Shown: positions 47,746-58,079, counted from the stretch's first letter. The stretch: DNA of 64,000 bases from Candidatus Omnitrophota bacterium (GCA_026387175.1 JAPLME010000006.1:108078-172077); one strand, 5' to 3'. Notes: generated from the sequence alone by a model not told the origin. Program-made: numbers and translations.

Positions 47746-48477
47746 CTATTTATCCTGAAATGTTTTCGAACGCGCGACCGCCCGTATAACGCCGGGGCCC
47801 CTTGAGGAGACAACGTCCGTCCATCCGCTCTGCTCAAGCTCGTCCTTCAGAAAATTGTCGTTGTATAGCTTTATATGCTTGTCGTCTCCGATATCCTCGA
47901 TATCCATATCTTCCAAGAGCTCGGCCACCCAGTCCGATTCTTCGCTGGGGGTCTCGACCACTATATTTCGCGCCAATGCCGATAACTTTTTCAATATGGC
48001 ATCGCTCTTCTCCATGTGTTCTATGGCGTGCACCATGACAGCGACGTCGAAGGGCTCTTCGAATTCAAGATCCAGTACATCGCCTGTTATGAACTCGACG
48101 TTCTTCAGTCCCCTGACATCTTTATCGATATTCTCTATATAGTTCTTATCGATATCTACGCCCACTACGCTGCGCGCCTTGACAGCAACGATACCGGACA
48201 GATGGCCCTCTGCGCATCCCACATCCAGCACCCTGTCGCCCGGCTTTATCTGCGACAATATGAATTCATCTATACCGCCCCTGTACTTGACAACCGCCGG
48301 CCCGTAGTATTTGCATGCGAGCCGCCATGTCACCGTTCGAAGCACATAGGTCAGGTAAGAATAAAATCTTAATACGGCCCTCTTCGGCAGTATCGCATAA
48401 AATAGATCCGCGGAACGGCAGATAAAACTCTTTAATGCCCTCCAGAAAATACCGATTCTCTTTTTACGCTCCGGCAT
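47746..48477 (-). CDS. Class I SAM-dependent methyltransferase
   Basis: VLDVGCAEG, GVDID, HAIEH, ETP. Confidence 0.85.
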   Translation of the reverse strand: MPERKKRIGIFWRALKSFICRSADLFYAILPKRAVLRFYSYLTYVLRTVTWRLACKYYGPAVVKYRGGIDEFILSQIKPGDRVLDVGCAEGHLSGIVAVKARSVVGVDIDKNYIENIDKDVRGLKNVEFITGDVLDLEFEEPFDVAVMVHAIEHMEKSDAILKKLSALARNIVVETPSEESDWVAELLEDMDIEDIGDDKHIKLYNDNFLKDELEQSGWTDVVSSRGPGVIRAVARSKTFQDK

Positions 48478-48480
48478 GAT

Positions 48481-49809
48481 CTATGCCCTCGCCCTGTCAA
48501 TAAGTGAATCGAAAATACCGGCAAGTTCCCCCGCCCTGAGCTTTCGGGACAGATTTCGTATCTCCGTCTCCTTCCCATCGTATCGCACATTGCCATTTCG
48601 TGTAAATTCATCATACAGGCCGGCCAGCGCAGAGCGCAGATCTTCCCCTGTATCTGCCGTCAGGCCGCAGGATGTCTTTCGGATCAGTTCGTCCACTATG
48701 CTTCCCTTTCTGGCCAATGCCAGTATGGGCCTGCGCGATCCTATGTAGTCGTAAAGTTTCGCCGAATACCAGCCCTCGCCGCCTCTTCCCTGCCACTGGA
48801 CGAAGAGAAGCGCATCGGCCGACCTCTGCGCCTCCAGAGATTCCCGGTAACCGAGCTTTCCCATGTCTCTGACTATCCCGCTTAAATTATACGATACGGC
48901 CATTCCCTCTATGTCGGGCTTATCATAGCCAAGGACATGAAACCTGACATCCATCTTTCTGCCGTCTATACGGCCCTCCGCCATAAGATCCCTCATCGTC
49001 TTAAAGAGAAGATCCAAAGGCTGTTTGTCACGGTGAAGTTTTCCCGTATATGTTATGGTGAACTTATCGTTCGACTTATATGTGAACGGCTTAAAGTCCT
49101 CCTCATCGAATGCATTCTCAACGACCTTCACTTTACCGGGAGGACCCCCTATGGATCGGCGAAGCGTCTCTGCCCATGGCTCCGAAACGGTGATCACGGC
49201 ATCGGCGTCCTTCAGAACGCGCCTTTCGATCGACTTCAGAACCATCTTCTTTATCATGGGCCTTTGCCTGAAGTGGTCCTCCGCCCAGAGGTCTCTCAGG
49301 TCCGCTACCCACGGTATGCCGAACATCTTTTTCAATCTTCTTCCTATCAGATGCGCCGTCTCGGGCGGCGAGGTGCTAAAGATCATATCCACATGTTCGG
49401 CGGCGATGATCTTTCCGCCCTCTTCGATGCCAAACTTGTGCCATCCTATCTGGTCGTCCGGCATCAGTATGAGCTCGCGTAATAGAGACGGCCTGCGCGA
49501 GCATCCGGCCGGAGTTTCGGCTCTTGCAGCGGACGGAGCGCCGCATGCGCATCCATTCCGCCTGAAAGGCGACAGCTTTCTGATCTCTTCGATCGGATCC
49601 CTGTAATCGGTCCTGAATACACGCACATCAGGTAGAGATATCGTATCATTATTGCCGGTGCTCGATCCGGACTTCGCGGTCAACACAAGAGGCTGCCAGC
49701 CATACGCAGGAAGGTACTTGGCGAACTTAAGCGCCCTGACCAGCCCCACGCCTTCCATCGGCGGCCATACGTACGAGATGATCAGCACCTTTTTATCATT
49801 CACCGGCAT
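48481..49809 (-). CDS. GT4 family glycosyltransferase
   Basis: YVWPP..G.G..R..KFAKYL, STSPP, DLRDLW, YTG, KLYDY...RPIL. Confidence 0.85.
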   Translation of the reverse strand: MPVNDKKVLIISYVWPPMEGVGLVRALKFAKYLPAYGWQPLVLTAKSGSSTGNNDTISLPDVRVFRTDYRDPIEEIRKLSPFRRNGCACGAPSAARAETPAGCSRRPSLLRELILMPDDQIGWHKFGIEEGGKIIAAEHVDMIFSTSPPETAHLIGRRLKKMFGIPWVADLRDLWAEDHFRQRPMIKKMVLKSIERRVLKDADAVITVSEPWAETLRRSIGGPPGKVKVVENAFDEEDFKPFTYKSNDKFTITYTGKLHRDKQPLDLLFKTMRDLMAEGRIDGRKMDVRFHVLGYDKPDIEGMAVSYNLSGIVRDMGKLGYRESLEAQRSADALLFVQWQGRGGEGWYSAKLYDYIGSRRPILALARKGSIVDELIRKTSCGLTADTGEDLRSALAGLYDEFTRNGNVRYDGKETEIRNLSRKLRAGELAGIFDSLIDRARA

Positions 49810-51355
49810 CGACCTCTGACATGGTAAGGCGTTTTAGATCGAGAAAATACCGTTTTTGCGGCAGGGGCTTCTCTTGAACTGTCCGGCTGTCGCCGCTGAC
49901 TCCCCATTTACCGTCGGGCAGCCTTGTAAAATATATCCCGCGCCTCAGATTAATGCTGTCGACGCTTGTCCTGTAATTTTTCCTGTACGATACGGACTGC
50001 TTCAGCCTTTTGAAAAAGTTCCGATAATCGTACCTCAGGATCAGCAGCCATTTTTTGATCTTAAACAGGATCGGATGCATATCCGGCTCATTGTAGCTTC
50101 CGCTTCTTATATTCAGGATGCGCCTGGCCTTTATGCGTTCTTTCAACGGGAAATCTTTGGTCTCGTAAGCGATGCTGCCGTACCGCGTGCCTATCGACGA
50201 GATGTTATAAGCGTCGGCAAGCATCACGGCGTTGTCCTTCGCCCATCGTTCGATCCCTGTACCGGTGAAGGGCACGCAAGAAGCGTACGCCAGGAGATCG
50301 AGATCCAGCTTCCTCGCGTTTTCAAACGACCTCAATGTCTTTTTGAAGGTATCGCCCGGGAGCCCCATAAGCATATATCCGAAGATCTCTATATTATGTT
50401 TCTTCATCAGCGCGATCCCTTTCCGGATCTGCTCTATGGTCTCGCCTTTATTGATCTTCTTAAAGACATCCTCTTCAAGCGTCTCTATACCGACCCATAT
50501 GCGCCGGCAGTTCGCGTCCTTAAGGCTCTGCATCAGGCCCTCCGTCATCCTGTCGGCCCTGAATCCCTGTACGACCCACGGCATATCGAGTTTCTCTTCC
50601 ACTAAAAGCCTGCAGAATTTTTCCACGCGGCCTATATCGACATTGAACGACGCGTCGCATACATGGAACATCTTCGCTCCATATCGCTCCTTTGCCGCCC
50701 TGATCTCCTTTATGATATTCTCCGGAGAGCGCGCCCTCCACTTCTTCCCTAAGTGCGAGAAACAGAATACGCAGCCATACGGACAGCCGCGGGTGGTAAC
50801 GATAGGATAGACATCCATCTTGTCGACGCCGAATACGCCGTAATCGGGGAATTCGATCGAGTCGAGATCGCCTATGAATTCCCTGGGAGGATTGATCGTG
50901 ATATCCCGCCCGTTCCGCCAGGCCAGGCCCTTGACGGGACCGAGTGCTGCCTTTTTGTCCAAGGCATTCAGCAGTTCTACAAGCGTCAGCTCGCCTTCGC
51001 CTATGACTGCAATGTCGGCTTCCGGGATAAGCTCGAGCGCCTTGCCCTTAAGCGCGGACACCTCGGGGCCGCCCAATATCACGGTGCCCTTAAAATATTT
51101 TTTCATCTCTTTCACGTAGGCCTTCACGTTGTTGAAGCTCATATTGGTGACCGATATCCCTATCGCGTCCGGTTTGAAGGCATCCACCGCGTCCCTGATG
51201 GACTTGAGCGGCTCATCCACCCGAATATTGACAAAATCCAGAACGCTGACGATATGGCCGCGCCTCAGGGCGCTGGTCGCGCAATACGCTATACCGATAT
51301 TGAGCCCCGTCGATTCCTTGTCACCCATCGGATCTATGAAAAGTATCTTCATCAC
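49796..51355 (-). CDS. Cobalamin-binding radical SAM enzyme
   Basis: IGIAYCA...RRGH, GGPEVS, GEGE, TTRGCPYGCVFC, GIET. Confidence 0.9.
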   Translation of the reverse strand: MMKILFIDPMGDKESTGLNIGIAYCATSALRRGHIVSVLDFVNIRVDEPLKSIRDAVDAFKPDAIGISVTNMSFNNVKAYVKEMKKYFKGTVILGGPEVSALKGKALELIPEADIAVIGEGELTLVELLNALDKKAALGPVKGLAWRNGRDITINPPREFIGDLDSIEFPDYGVFGVDKMDVYPIVTTRGCPYGCVFCFSHLGKKWRARSPENIIKEIRAAKERYGAKMFHVCDASFNVDIGRVEKFCRLLVEEKLDMPWVVQGFRADRMTEGLMQSLKDANCRRIWVGIETLEEDVFKKINKGETIEQIRKGIALMKKHNIEIFGYMLMGLPGDTFKKTLRSFENARKLDLDLLAYASCVPFTGTGIERWAKDNAVMLADAYNISSIGTRYGSIAYETKDFPLKERIKARRILNIRSGSYNEPDMHPILFKIKKWLLILRYDYRNFFKRLKQSVSYRKNYRTSVDSINLRRGIYFTRLPDGKWGVSGDSRTVQEKPLPQKRYFLDLKRLTMSEVDAGE

Positions 51356-52833
51356 GCCGCTCCTTTTGCAGAATATTTAGGGTTATAGTATCTGTTGAAC
51401 CGGTGCAGCACCTCTATCTCCCAGGGGAAAGCGAAGAACTTTGTCTTTAGCCTTGCTTTGCTTATCCTGTAAAATATCTCTTTTCCGAAAGTCCGTATCA
51501 TATTGGATCCCTTGGAATGTGTCAATAGCTTGCCGTATTTATCTATCCTGTAGAAGAGCGTCTTCGTATCTTTATCCGCCCATGGAAGCCAGCTGAGGTG
51601 CATCTTTCCGGTGAACGTGTCGAAGGTATCGTAATCCGCCATATTCGCCGGCAGGTTGAACCCGTTCTCGATCGCAAGCTGGTAGAGATACGATCCCGGA
51701 TACGGTATGAATGTCTGGAACGTCACGACTATGTCGGAAAATATTTCCGACAACGTAACTCCGAGGTCCACTGTCTGCCATATCTCATCCATGGTTTCCG
51801 TAGGAAAACCTATTATCATCGCGGCCGTTACGGATATATTCGGAAACTTCGACAGGAGCTTGAACTGTTTCAATATGAGTTCGCGCGTCAGCCCCTTATT
51901 GATCAGCTCCAGGACACGGCTCGATCCCGACTCCACCCCCACGAATATCCGCCTCACCCCCAGCGCCTCCAGGCGCCTCAATATCGGTTCCGTCAATACC
52001 TCGAGCCGTATCATGCACGATGTGGCCACCACATCCATCTCTTTCAACTTCTCAAGGATATTGAATGCCCTGTCCATATCAACAAAGAAGTTGTCATCAT
52101 GAAATTGTATCGCCCTTATATTATGATGTCTCCTGAGATACCCTATCTTGTCTATAACGTATTCCGGCGAATGCTTGCGCCATCTCCTGTCATTGAACTT
52201 CAGGTTATAGCAGAAACTGCAGTTATAGGGACAGCCCCTCGATGCGACGAAATCCACCTGCCTTCTGCCGTCGGGCAGGACCGTGACGCATTTCTCAAAA
52301 TCATTCTCGAGGCTCCAGTCAGGTTCGTATTTATCGAGCTCACCTATGAACGGCCTCCTCGAATCTATGACAAATTTACCGTTCTCTTTATATCCTATGC
52401 CCCTGACGCCTTTCAGCTCTTTACCCTGCGCCAGGCAACCCGCCAGCTCCGCCACCATCTCCTCGCCCTCGCCCATTGCGACTATGTCCACGCAATCTTC
52501 TTTGAGGCAGTCCTCCGGCAGAAGGGTCGGATGGACGCCGCCCCAGACTATGGTCACATCTTTGTCGCGAGCCTTGATGGCCTTCGATATTTCATAGCTA
52601 TATTTTGTCTGGGCCCCCGTGAGAGTGGATATCCCGACGAAGAGCGGCTGCATGGCCGTTATCTCATCCGCCGCGGTGCCTATATCCTCTTTAAAAATGT
52701 TAAAGAGGCGCACGTCATACCCGGATTTTTTAAGCGTGCTTCCGAGATAGATGAGCCCGAGCGGGTGTATGACCACGTCCGACTCGATACGCACGAGGGC
52801 CACGATCTTATTATTTTTAATTTTCTTCTCCAT
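51352..52833 (-). CDS. Cobalamin-binding radical SAM enzyme (start moved to ATG 52833, MEKKIK)
   Basis: HPLGLIYLG..L..SGY, GGVHPT, GEGE, SRGCPYNCSFC, DDNF, GVESG. Confidence 0.9.
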   Translation of the reverse strand: MEKKIKNNKIVALVRIESDVVIHPLGLIYLGSTLKKSGYDVRLFNIFKEDIGTAADEITAMQPLFVGISTLTGAQTKYSYEISKAIKARDKDVTIVWGGVHPTLLPEDCLKEDCVDIVAMGEGEEMVAELAGCLAQGKELKGVRGIGYKENGKFVIDSRRPFIGELDKYEPDWSLENDFEKCVTVLPDGRRQVDFVASRGCPYNCSFCYNLKFNDRRWRKHSPEYVIDKIGYLRRHHNIRAIQFHDDNFFVDMDRAFNILEKLKEMDVVATSCMIRLEVLTEPILRRLEALGVRRIFVGVESGSSRVLELINKGLTRELILKQFKLLSKFPNISVTAAMIIGFPTETMDEIWQTVDLGVTLSEIFSDIVVTFQTFIPYPGSYLYQLAIENGFNLPANMADYDTFDTFTGKMHLSWLPWADKDTKTLFYRIDKYGKLLTHSKGSNMIRTFGKEIFYRISKARLKTKFFAFPWEIEVLHRFNRYYNPKYSAKGAA

Positions 52834-52837
52834 GATC

Positions 52838-53911
52838 CTACGCTCCGATACGGATGCCTTTATTGTCGGGACAGACCTTGCAGGGATCCGGGATCCGGCA
52901 ATTATCCTTAGACAGGAAGGCCCTCCGCATATCTTTAAAGAAAGCGTTGTTCCAGACATTTTCGTCTTTGTAGCTGCCATGCCCGGACATATTGAGCAGC
53001 ATCATCGAACAGCTGGAGACGTTGCCGTCCCCGTCGAACCTTATCTGGGAAAAATGCGTTTCGCAGTTATTTTCGCTCATATTCCTATCGACCAATAGCG
53101 GCGGAGTAAGCTTCCTCCTGATGGCGGCAGGATAGGACGCGAATATGGCTCTCATCTCGTCGATAACCTTCTTATCGGCCATAAGGGACCTCTCCTCGGC
53201 CCTGAGGCCGTCATAAGGGGCCGACAGGAAGTTGCAGAAGAAAGAGTGGTCGGCGCCCAGCGCAATACTGACATCCACCATATAGGGAATGAATTTGTAG
53301 TTATGCCTATCGATTATATATGACAACTTTACCTTCACACTTGAAGACCTCCGCCTCTTCTCTTCGACCAGCATCCTGACGGAGTCGTAAATCTCCTGAT
53401 AGGTTTCCGGGCCCATGCCGGTCATACGGCTGAACTCTTCCGAATTGTGCCCGTTTATGCTTATAGTGATGCCGTCCAGGGCCGAATTCAATATATTATC
53501 GATATTCTTCCGGATCATCGTGCCGTTGGAGAAGGTCTTTACGGTCATCTTCTTGAGCGCCGCGTAATCGACCATCTTGAAAAAATCCTTGTTCAGAAGC
53601 GGCTCGCCGGAACCTATTATATGCACCGTCGCAGCGTTCTTGAATCGGTTTATGATCTCCTTGAACCTTGCCAGGTCCATATCCTTTATGGACTGCTGGG
53701 CGTGGGCGTAGTCGCCGGGGACGCGCCCCGAATGCGTCGGACACATGTCACAGGAGAGCGTGCAACGGCCGGTCGCCACTATGGAGATGGTGACGGGATC
53801 GTAATGCAGCATCTCCTTCTTCCCTGAAAGAAGGTACCGTAAGTAATTGCTCTTTTGGGCCAGGGTATGAGGGGCCAGGACCATGTTGATCATATCTCTT
53901 GCGATACTCAT
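52838..53911 (-). CDS. Radical SAM enzyme with twitch/SPASM domain
   Basis: CTLSCDMC, GEPLL, SNG; C..DGNVSSC..VWN..CKVC. Confidence 0.85.
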   Translation of the reverse strand: MSIARDMINMVLAPHTLAQKSNYLRYLLSGKKEMLHYDPVTISIVATGRCTLSCDMCPTHSGRVPGDYAHAQQSIKDMDLARFKEIINRFKNAATVHIIGSGEPLLNKDFFKMVDYAALKKMTVKTFSNGTMIRKNIDNILNSALDGITISINGHNSEEFSRMTGMGPETYQEIYDSVRMLVEEKRRRSSSVKVKLSYIIDRHNYKFIPYMVDVSIALGADHSFFCNFLSAPYDGLRAEERSLMADKKVIDEMRAIFASYPAAIRRKLTPPLLVDRNMSENNCETHFSQIRFDGDGNVSSCSMMLLNMSGHGSYKDENVWNNAFFKDMRRAFLSKDNCRIPDPCKVCPDNKGIRIGA

Positions 53912-53912
53912 A

Positions 53913-55394
53913 TCACACCGCGCTTCTTATCTTCTCGGCCGCCATCCGGTTCTTTAACCGTTTCCGCAGGTTTGAGATGAATTTATTGTTAACGATATGC
54001 TCATAGACTATGCCGCTGGCGTATATGCGCGCCAGGGCCGAGGCCGTGCGGGGCCCGAGCCCCATATCCCGGAATTTCCGGTACGCGTTATTCCTGGAAT
54101 ACGCGCGCCTCGTCCTCTTAATATGCCCCGAAGTCGAGCGGTAAGCGTAATCGAACGCCTTCTTCCTGAGCTCGTAGGGAAATTCCGGCGTCGACAAAAA
54201 AGGCGTATTCCTGCGCTGCGATCCGTCATTGAGGTATTCCTCGGGGCTCCTCAGCAGATATCCGGACTTTTTGACGGACTCGAAAAGCTCCGTGCGCGGA
54301 TAAGGAAGTATATGATAGAAGCTGGCTATCATGACAGGATACTTGGTTGCCAGGCTGACAGTCTTCTCGAAATCCTTCCACGTCTCACCCGGGGCGCCGA
54401 TCAGAAAATAGAGTTCGACTATATAACCGAGATCGCAGGCCGTCTTAATGGCCTCTTCCATGGTCTTCACGGTGGAACTCTTCTTAAGGCTCTTGAGTAT
54501 CCCGTCGTCGCCGGACTCCACGCCGAGCCCTATCATCCTGAACCCGACCTCCTTCATGCGTTTCAGTATCTTATGGTCTATCTTATCGGCCCTGACGCCG
54601 TTATCGCACATCAGGTACAGGCCCTTTAATCTACGCCGTTCGATCTCATCGCATACCTGATACACCCTCTCTTGAACCAATGTGAAATTATCGTCCCGAA
54701 AACTGAACTCGCGGCGGCCAAGATTATAATGGTATTCGAGCTCATCGGCCACGCTCTTCGCGGAACGCGTAACGAACCTTCTTCCTATGGCAAGCTGAAC
54801 GGGACAATAGGTGCACTCGAAAGGGCATCCGCGCGAAGAGAAAAGGGATATCAGCGACGAATAATCGGTTTTGTCGAATTTCTCATACTTCGGATACGGC
54901 AGGCTGTCCAGATCCTGCAGGAATGGCCTGTCGCCGTTATAGACTATCCTGCTGCCGTCTCTATGTATCAACCCCTTTATCCCGGCGATATCTCCGTCTC
55001 CGGCCAGTTCCACAAGAGCGTGCTCGCCCTCTATCACTATGCCGTAATCTATGGCAGGGCAATCTCTCAGCACCTCTTCGCGCATAGTGGAGACATGCGC
55101 TCCGCCGGCAACGATCCGTATCTCCGGAAAGAGCGCCTTGACGCGCCCGAGCATGCCGTAATTATATTTATAATTCAGGCTCATCATGCTGAGGCCGAAT
55201 AGATTCGGCTTGAAGCGCCTTATCTTGTCGAAGAGCCCCTTCTCGGTATTCTTCGCTACGTTCAGATCGAATACGTCATTCTCGATGCCATTTGCCGTAA
55301 GGAATTCGGACAGATATCCTATTCCCGCCGGAAGGACGTTCGAAAAGACGGAATCGTATTTGGCCTGGGCCAATAATATATTTTTAAATCTCAT
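53913..55394 (-). CDS. Cobalamin-binding radical SAM enzyme
   Basis: PAGIGYLSEFL, GGAHVS, EGE, SSRGCPFECTYC, DDNF, GVESG. Confidence 0.9.
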   Translation of the reverse strand: MRFKNILLAQAKYDSVFSNVLPAGIGYLSEFLTANGIENDVFDLNVAKNTEKGLFDKIRRFKPNLFGLSMMSLNYKYNYGMLGRVKALFPEIRIVAGGAHVSTMREEVLRDCPAIDYGIVIEGEHALVELAGDGDIAGIKGLIHRDGSRIVYNGDRPFLQDLDSLPYPKYEKFDKTDYSSLISLFSSRGCPFECTYCPVQLAIGRRFVTRSAKSVADELEYHYNLGRREFSFRDDNFTLVQERVYQVCDEIERRRLKGLYLMCDNGVRADKIDHKILKRMKEVGFRMIGLGVESGDDGILKSLKKSSTVKTMEEAIKTACDLGYIVELYFLIGAPGETWKDFEKTVSLATKYPVMIASFYHILPYPRTELFESVKKSGYLLRSPEEYLNDGSQRRNTPFLSTPEFPYELRKKAFDYAYRSTSGHIKRTRRAYSRNNAYRKFRDMGLGPRTASALARIYASGIVYEHIVNNKFISNLRKRLKNRMAAEKIRSAV

Positions 55395-56194
55395 AGCCTC
55401 TTCCGCAGCAAGACGCTGATCTCGCTGCCCTGTTTCAAAATGGACGGCGTAAGCCTGTCCATTAAAAAGAATATTGCGGCGCTCACCTTGCCGAAACAGG
55501 CTTCGATCGCGTTTCGCGAGGGGCGCTCGATGGAATCATTAAAACAATAAGGACATAGGGCCCCTTCGGCGCTGTACACCTTGCCGAGCTTCCGGGCCGC
55601 ACGGACAACGGCCGAGGGCCTGGCATCCCGTCTCTTTCCGAATACCTTCATGTTTACGATATCGAACTCCGCTTTTGGAAAGAGGCGGTTTATCAATTTC
55701 TCGTTCACCGCCCTTATGTGGCCGTAAACATTGAATTCTCTATTGCACTTGTTGCAAAGCGCGACCGGCCAATCGATAGCGTCCTTGAACGGGCTGTTTA
55801 TCAATATATATTTACGCGATACTCTTTTAAGCTCGGAAACGCTCTCGTCGAAATACTCATCTTTGAGATGCTCAAGGATATCGGCGGCCAGGACAAGGTC
55901 GAACTGACGGTCCTTAAAAGGGATGTTCTTAGCGTCGGCAACGCAGACGCGTGGATCCTTGAGCCTGCCGACAAGTTCGGGTGACAGGTCGATCCCGAAG
56001 CACCTGACACCGTTTTTCCTCTTAAGCTCCCCGAAGATGAACCCGCCGCCGAGGCCCACATCCAGGATCGCCCTCGCATCTTCCGGTATCGCGCCGACTA
56101 TGTTGCGTAAACGCTCCTCATCGAAACTGTCTGCCGGCGACGGATGGACGAACCTCTCCACCCACTCCTTGCGGCTGTAGATATTATCGCCCAT
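55391..56194 (-). CDS. Class I methyltransferase with two CxxC motifs
   Basis: ILDVGLGGG, DILEHL, CNKC...GH, CPYC. Confidence 0.8.
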   Translation of the reverse strand: MGDNIYSRKEWVERFVHPSPADSFDEERLRNIVGAIPEDARAILDVGLGGGFIFGELKRKNGVRCFGIDLSPELVGRLKDPRVCVADAKNIPFKDRQFDLVLAADILEHLKDEYFDESVSELKRVSRKYILINSPFKDAIDWPVALCNKCNREFNVYGHIRAVNEKLINRLFPKAEFDIVNMKVFGKRRDARPSAVVRAARKLGKVYSAEGALCPYCFNDSIERPSRNAIEACFGKVSAAIFFLMDRLTPSILKQGSEISVLLRKRL

Positions 56195-58079
56195 CGATAA
56201 ACTTCCTGAGCCATAGCTCCAGGTTCACCCAGCTCCATATCGTGAAATGACCACTTTCGCCGGCTCCGCCTTTTCCGGACATAAAATCATCCAGCTTCCT
56301 CTGGACCCTTGCCTGATTAAAATAGGGGCGCTTCTTGAATGAATCGGAATTGATTATGCCGTATACCTTCGTTTTGAGGTCCGTCCTGAACCATTTTTCG
56401 AGCGGAGTCGCGAACCCCATCTTATCGGTGCGCGTCCTTACCTCTTCGGGCAGGATCCCTTTCATGGACCGTCTCAACATATATTTGGTGATCCCGTCCC
56501 GTATCTTGTATTCGGGACCGAGAGAGAAAGCGTATTCCACAAGGCGGTAATCTAAAAACGGCGAGCGCGACTCGACCGAATGGGCCATGCTGGAGCGGTC
56601 GTCGATATGGAGAAGCGACGGAAGCGGCGATATCTTGAGCGCATTATAAAGATCGTTGTTCAATATACTGCCGAACCGCTTCTCGGTAAACACCCGGTTT
56701 GTGTTGTGACCTGCGAAGTCCTTATCGAGATATGCCGGGGCGCCCTGGGCGTTAAAGCGCTTCAAAATATTCTTGACGCCCTGCGGCGCGATATGGGAAG
56801 CCATGATCTTAAAGACCTTGCCCGCCACCAGCGCGTCGTCGCCCTTTAGTTCCCGGTATCGCCTGATCTCATTTTGGGCGGCGCCCCATTTACCCGAAGC
56901 TACGAGATCGGCTAGGAGATAGAAATAGTACTTATGGTATCCGCCCAGCACCTCATCGCCGCCCTGGCCGGTCAAGAGCACCTTGACTCCCTTCTGATGA
57001 GCGAGCTTCATGACATACCACTGCGGGAATATGCTCAGGGTGCTGTACGGCTCCTCCTGGTGCCACATGATCTCTTCCATCTCATCGAACAGGTTCTCGG
57101 GCCTCGTGAATATGAAGTTGGCCTTTGCCTTTGTCTTATCCAGCACCTGCGCTATGTATTCCCGCTCGTCATACTCCGCTTCGTCGAAACAGGATGAGAA
57201 TGCTTCGATGGCGCCGCCTTTTAGCAGCCTAGCGGAGACGCATGCGATCGACGATGAATCGAGGCCGCCGCTCAAACTGACTCCGAGAGGGACGTCGCTG
57301 CGCAGCCTGAGCTTTATGGAGTCCTCGAACAGATCCCGAAAGTTCTCATAGGCTTCCTCTTCATTGTTAAGGCGCAGCTTCTTGTGCGGAGCGAGGTTCC
57401 AGTAGCGCTTCTGCGAAAATTGCCGCCCTCCGTCGAGAGGTACGGTCGCGTAGTGTGCCTGCTTGAGCTGCCTGATGCCCTTAAAGAACGTCTCGTCGGA
57501 TATATCCATATATCCGTACCCTGAGGCGAGATAATTGAAGACGGTGCTATCGTTCGGCTGCCTTCTTACCTTCGGATGACAAAGTAACGACTTTATCTCG
57601 GACGCGAATATGAATATATCCTTATCGAGATGATAGTAAAACGGCTTTACGCCGAATCTGTCCCTTGCGCAAAATAACACTCTCTTATTCAGGTCCAGTA
57701 TCGCAAAGGCCCACATACCGTTGAAGCGCGACAGGCAATCCTCTCCCCACTCCTCGTATGCGTGTAGGATGACTTCCGTATCGCTTCTGGATCTGAAGGC
57801 ATGCCCAAGGCCGGCAAGCTCGTCTTTAAGCTCAAGATAGTTATATATCTCGCCGTTATGCACTATGAAGAGGCGCGAGTCCTCATTATGCATCGGCTGG
57901 CCCGCGTCTTTCGAAAGGTCGATGATGGAAAGGCGCACGTGCCCAAGCCCCACATGGCCGTTCACGTAAAGGCCACTATCGTCGGGACCGCGGTGGCGCT
58001 CGGAGCATATCATCTTTTCGATTATGCCGCCGTCCAGAGGCGATTTATCCAGATTTATAATGCCTGCTATACCGCACAT
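56184..58079 (-). CDS. asnB: Glutamine-dependent amidotransferase, asparagine synthase family (WbpS-like sugar uronamide formation)
   Basis: N-terminal CGIAG, HRGPD, NGEIYN, SLSGGLDSS, GQGGDE, K.GF..P. Confidence 0.92.
   Translation of the reverse strand: MCGIAGIINLDKSPLDGGIIEKMICSERHRGPDDSGLYVNGHVGLGHVRLSIIDLSKDAGQPMHNEDSRLFIVHNGEIYNYLELKDELAGLGHAFRSRSDTEVILHAYEEWGEDCLSRFNGMWAFAILDLNKRVLFCARDRFGVKPFYYHLDKDIFIFASEIKSLLCHPKVRRQPNDSTVFNYLASGYGYMDISDETFFKGIRQLKQAHYATVPLDGGRQFSQKRYWNLAPHKKLRLNNEEEAYENFRDLFEDSIKLRLRSDVPLGVSLSGGLDSSSIACVSARLLKGGAIEAFSSCFDEAEYDEREYIAQVLDKTKAKANFIFTRPENLFDEMEEIMWHQEEPYSTLSIFPQWYVMKLAHQKGVKVLLTGQGGDEVLGGYHKYYFYLLADLVASGKWGAAQNEIRRYRELKGDDALVAGKVFKIMASHIAPQGVKNILKRFNAQGAPAYLDKDFAGHNTNRVFTEKRFGSILNNDLYNALKISPLPSLLHIDDRSSMAHSVESRSPFLDYRLVEYAFSLGPEYKIRDGITKYMLRRSMKGILPEEVRTRTDKMGFATPLEKWFRTDLKTKVYGIINSDSFKKRPYFNQARVQRKLDDFMSGKGGAGESGHFTIWSWVNLELWLRKFIDGR

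Noticed and set aside
51598-52911. 437-aa + strand ORF (also 1031..2200, 30..692, 49856..50605 and other + strand ORFs)
   Set aside because: Antisense shadows of well-supported minus-strand genes; no recognisable motifs, and composition typical of reverse-frame read-through.
52834-52980. N-terminal extension of ORF 51352..52980 (similarly 3743..3835, 7864..7899, 12231..12299)
   Set aside because: Overlaps the upstream gene; downstream starts with RBS or ATGA coupling fit the domain boundaries better.
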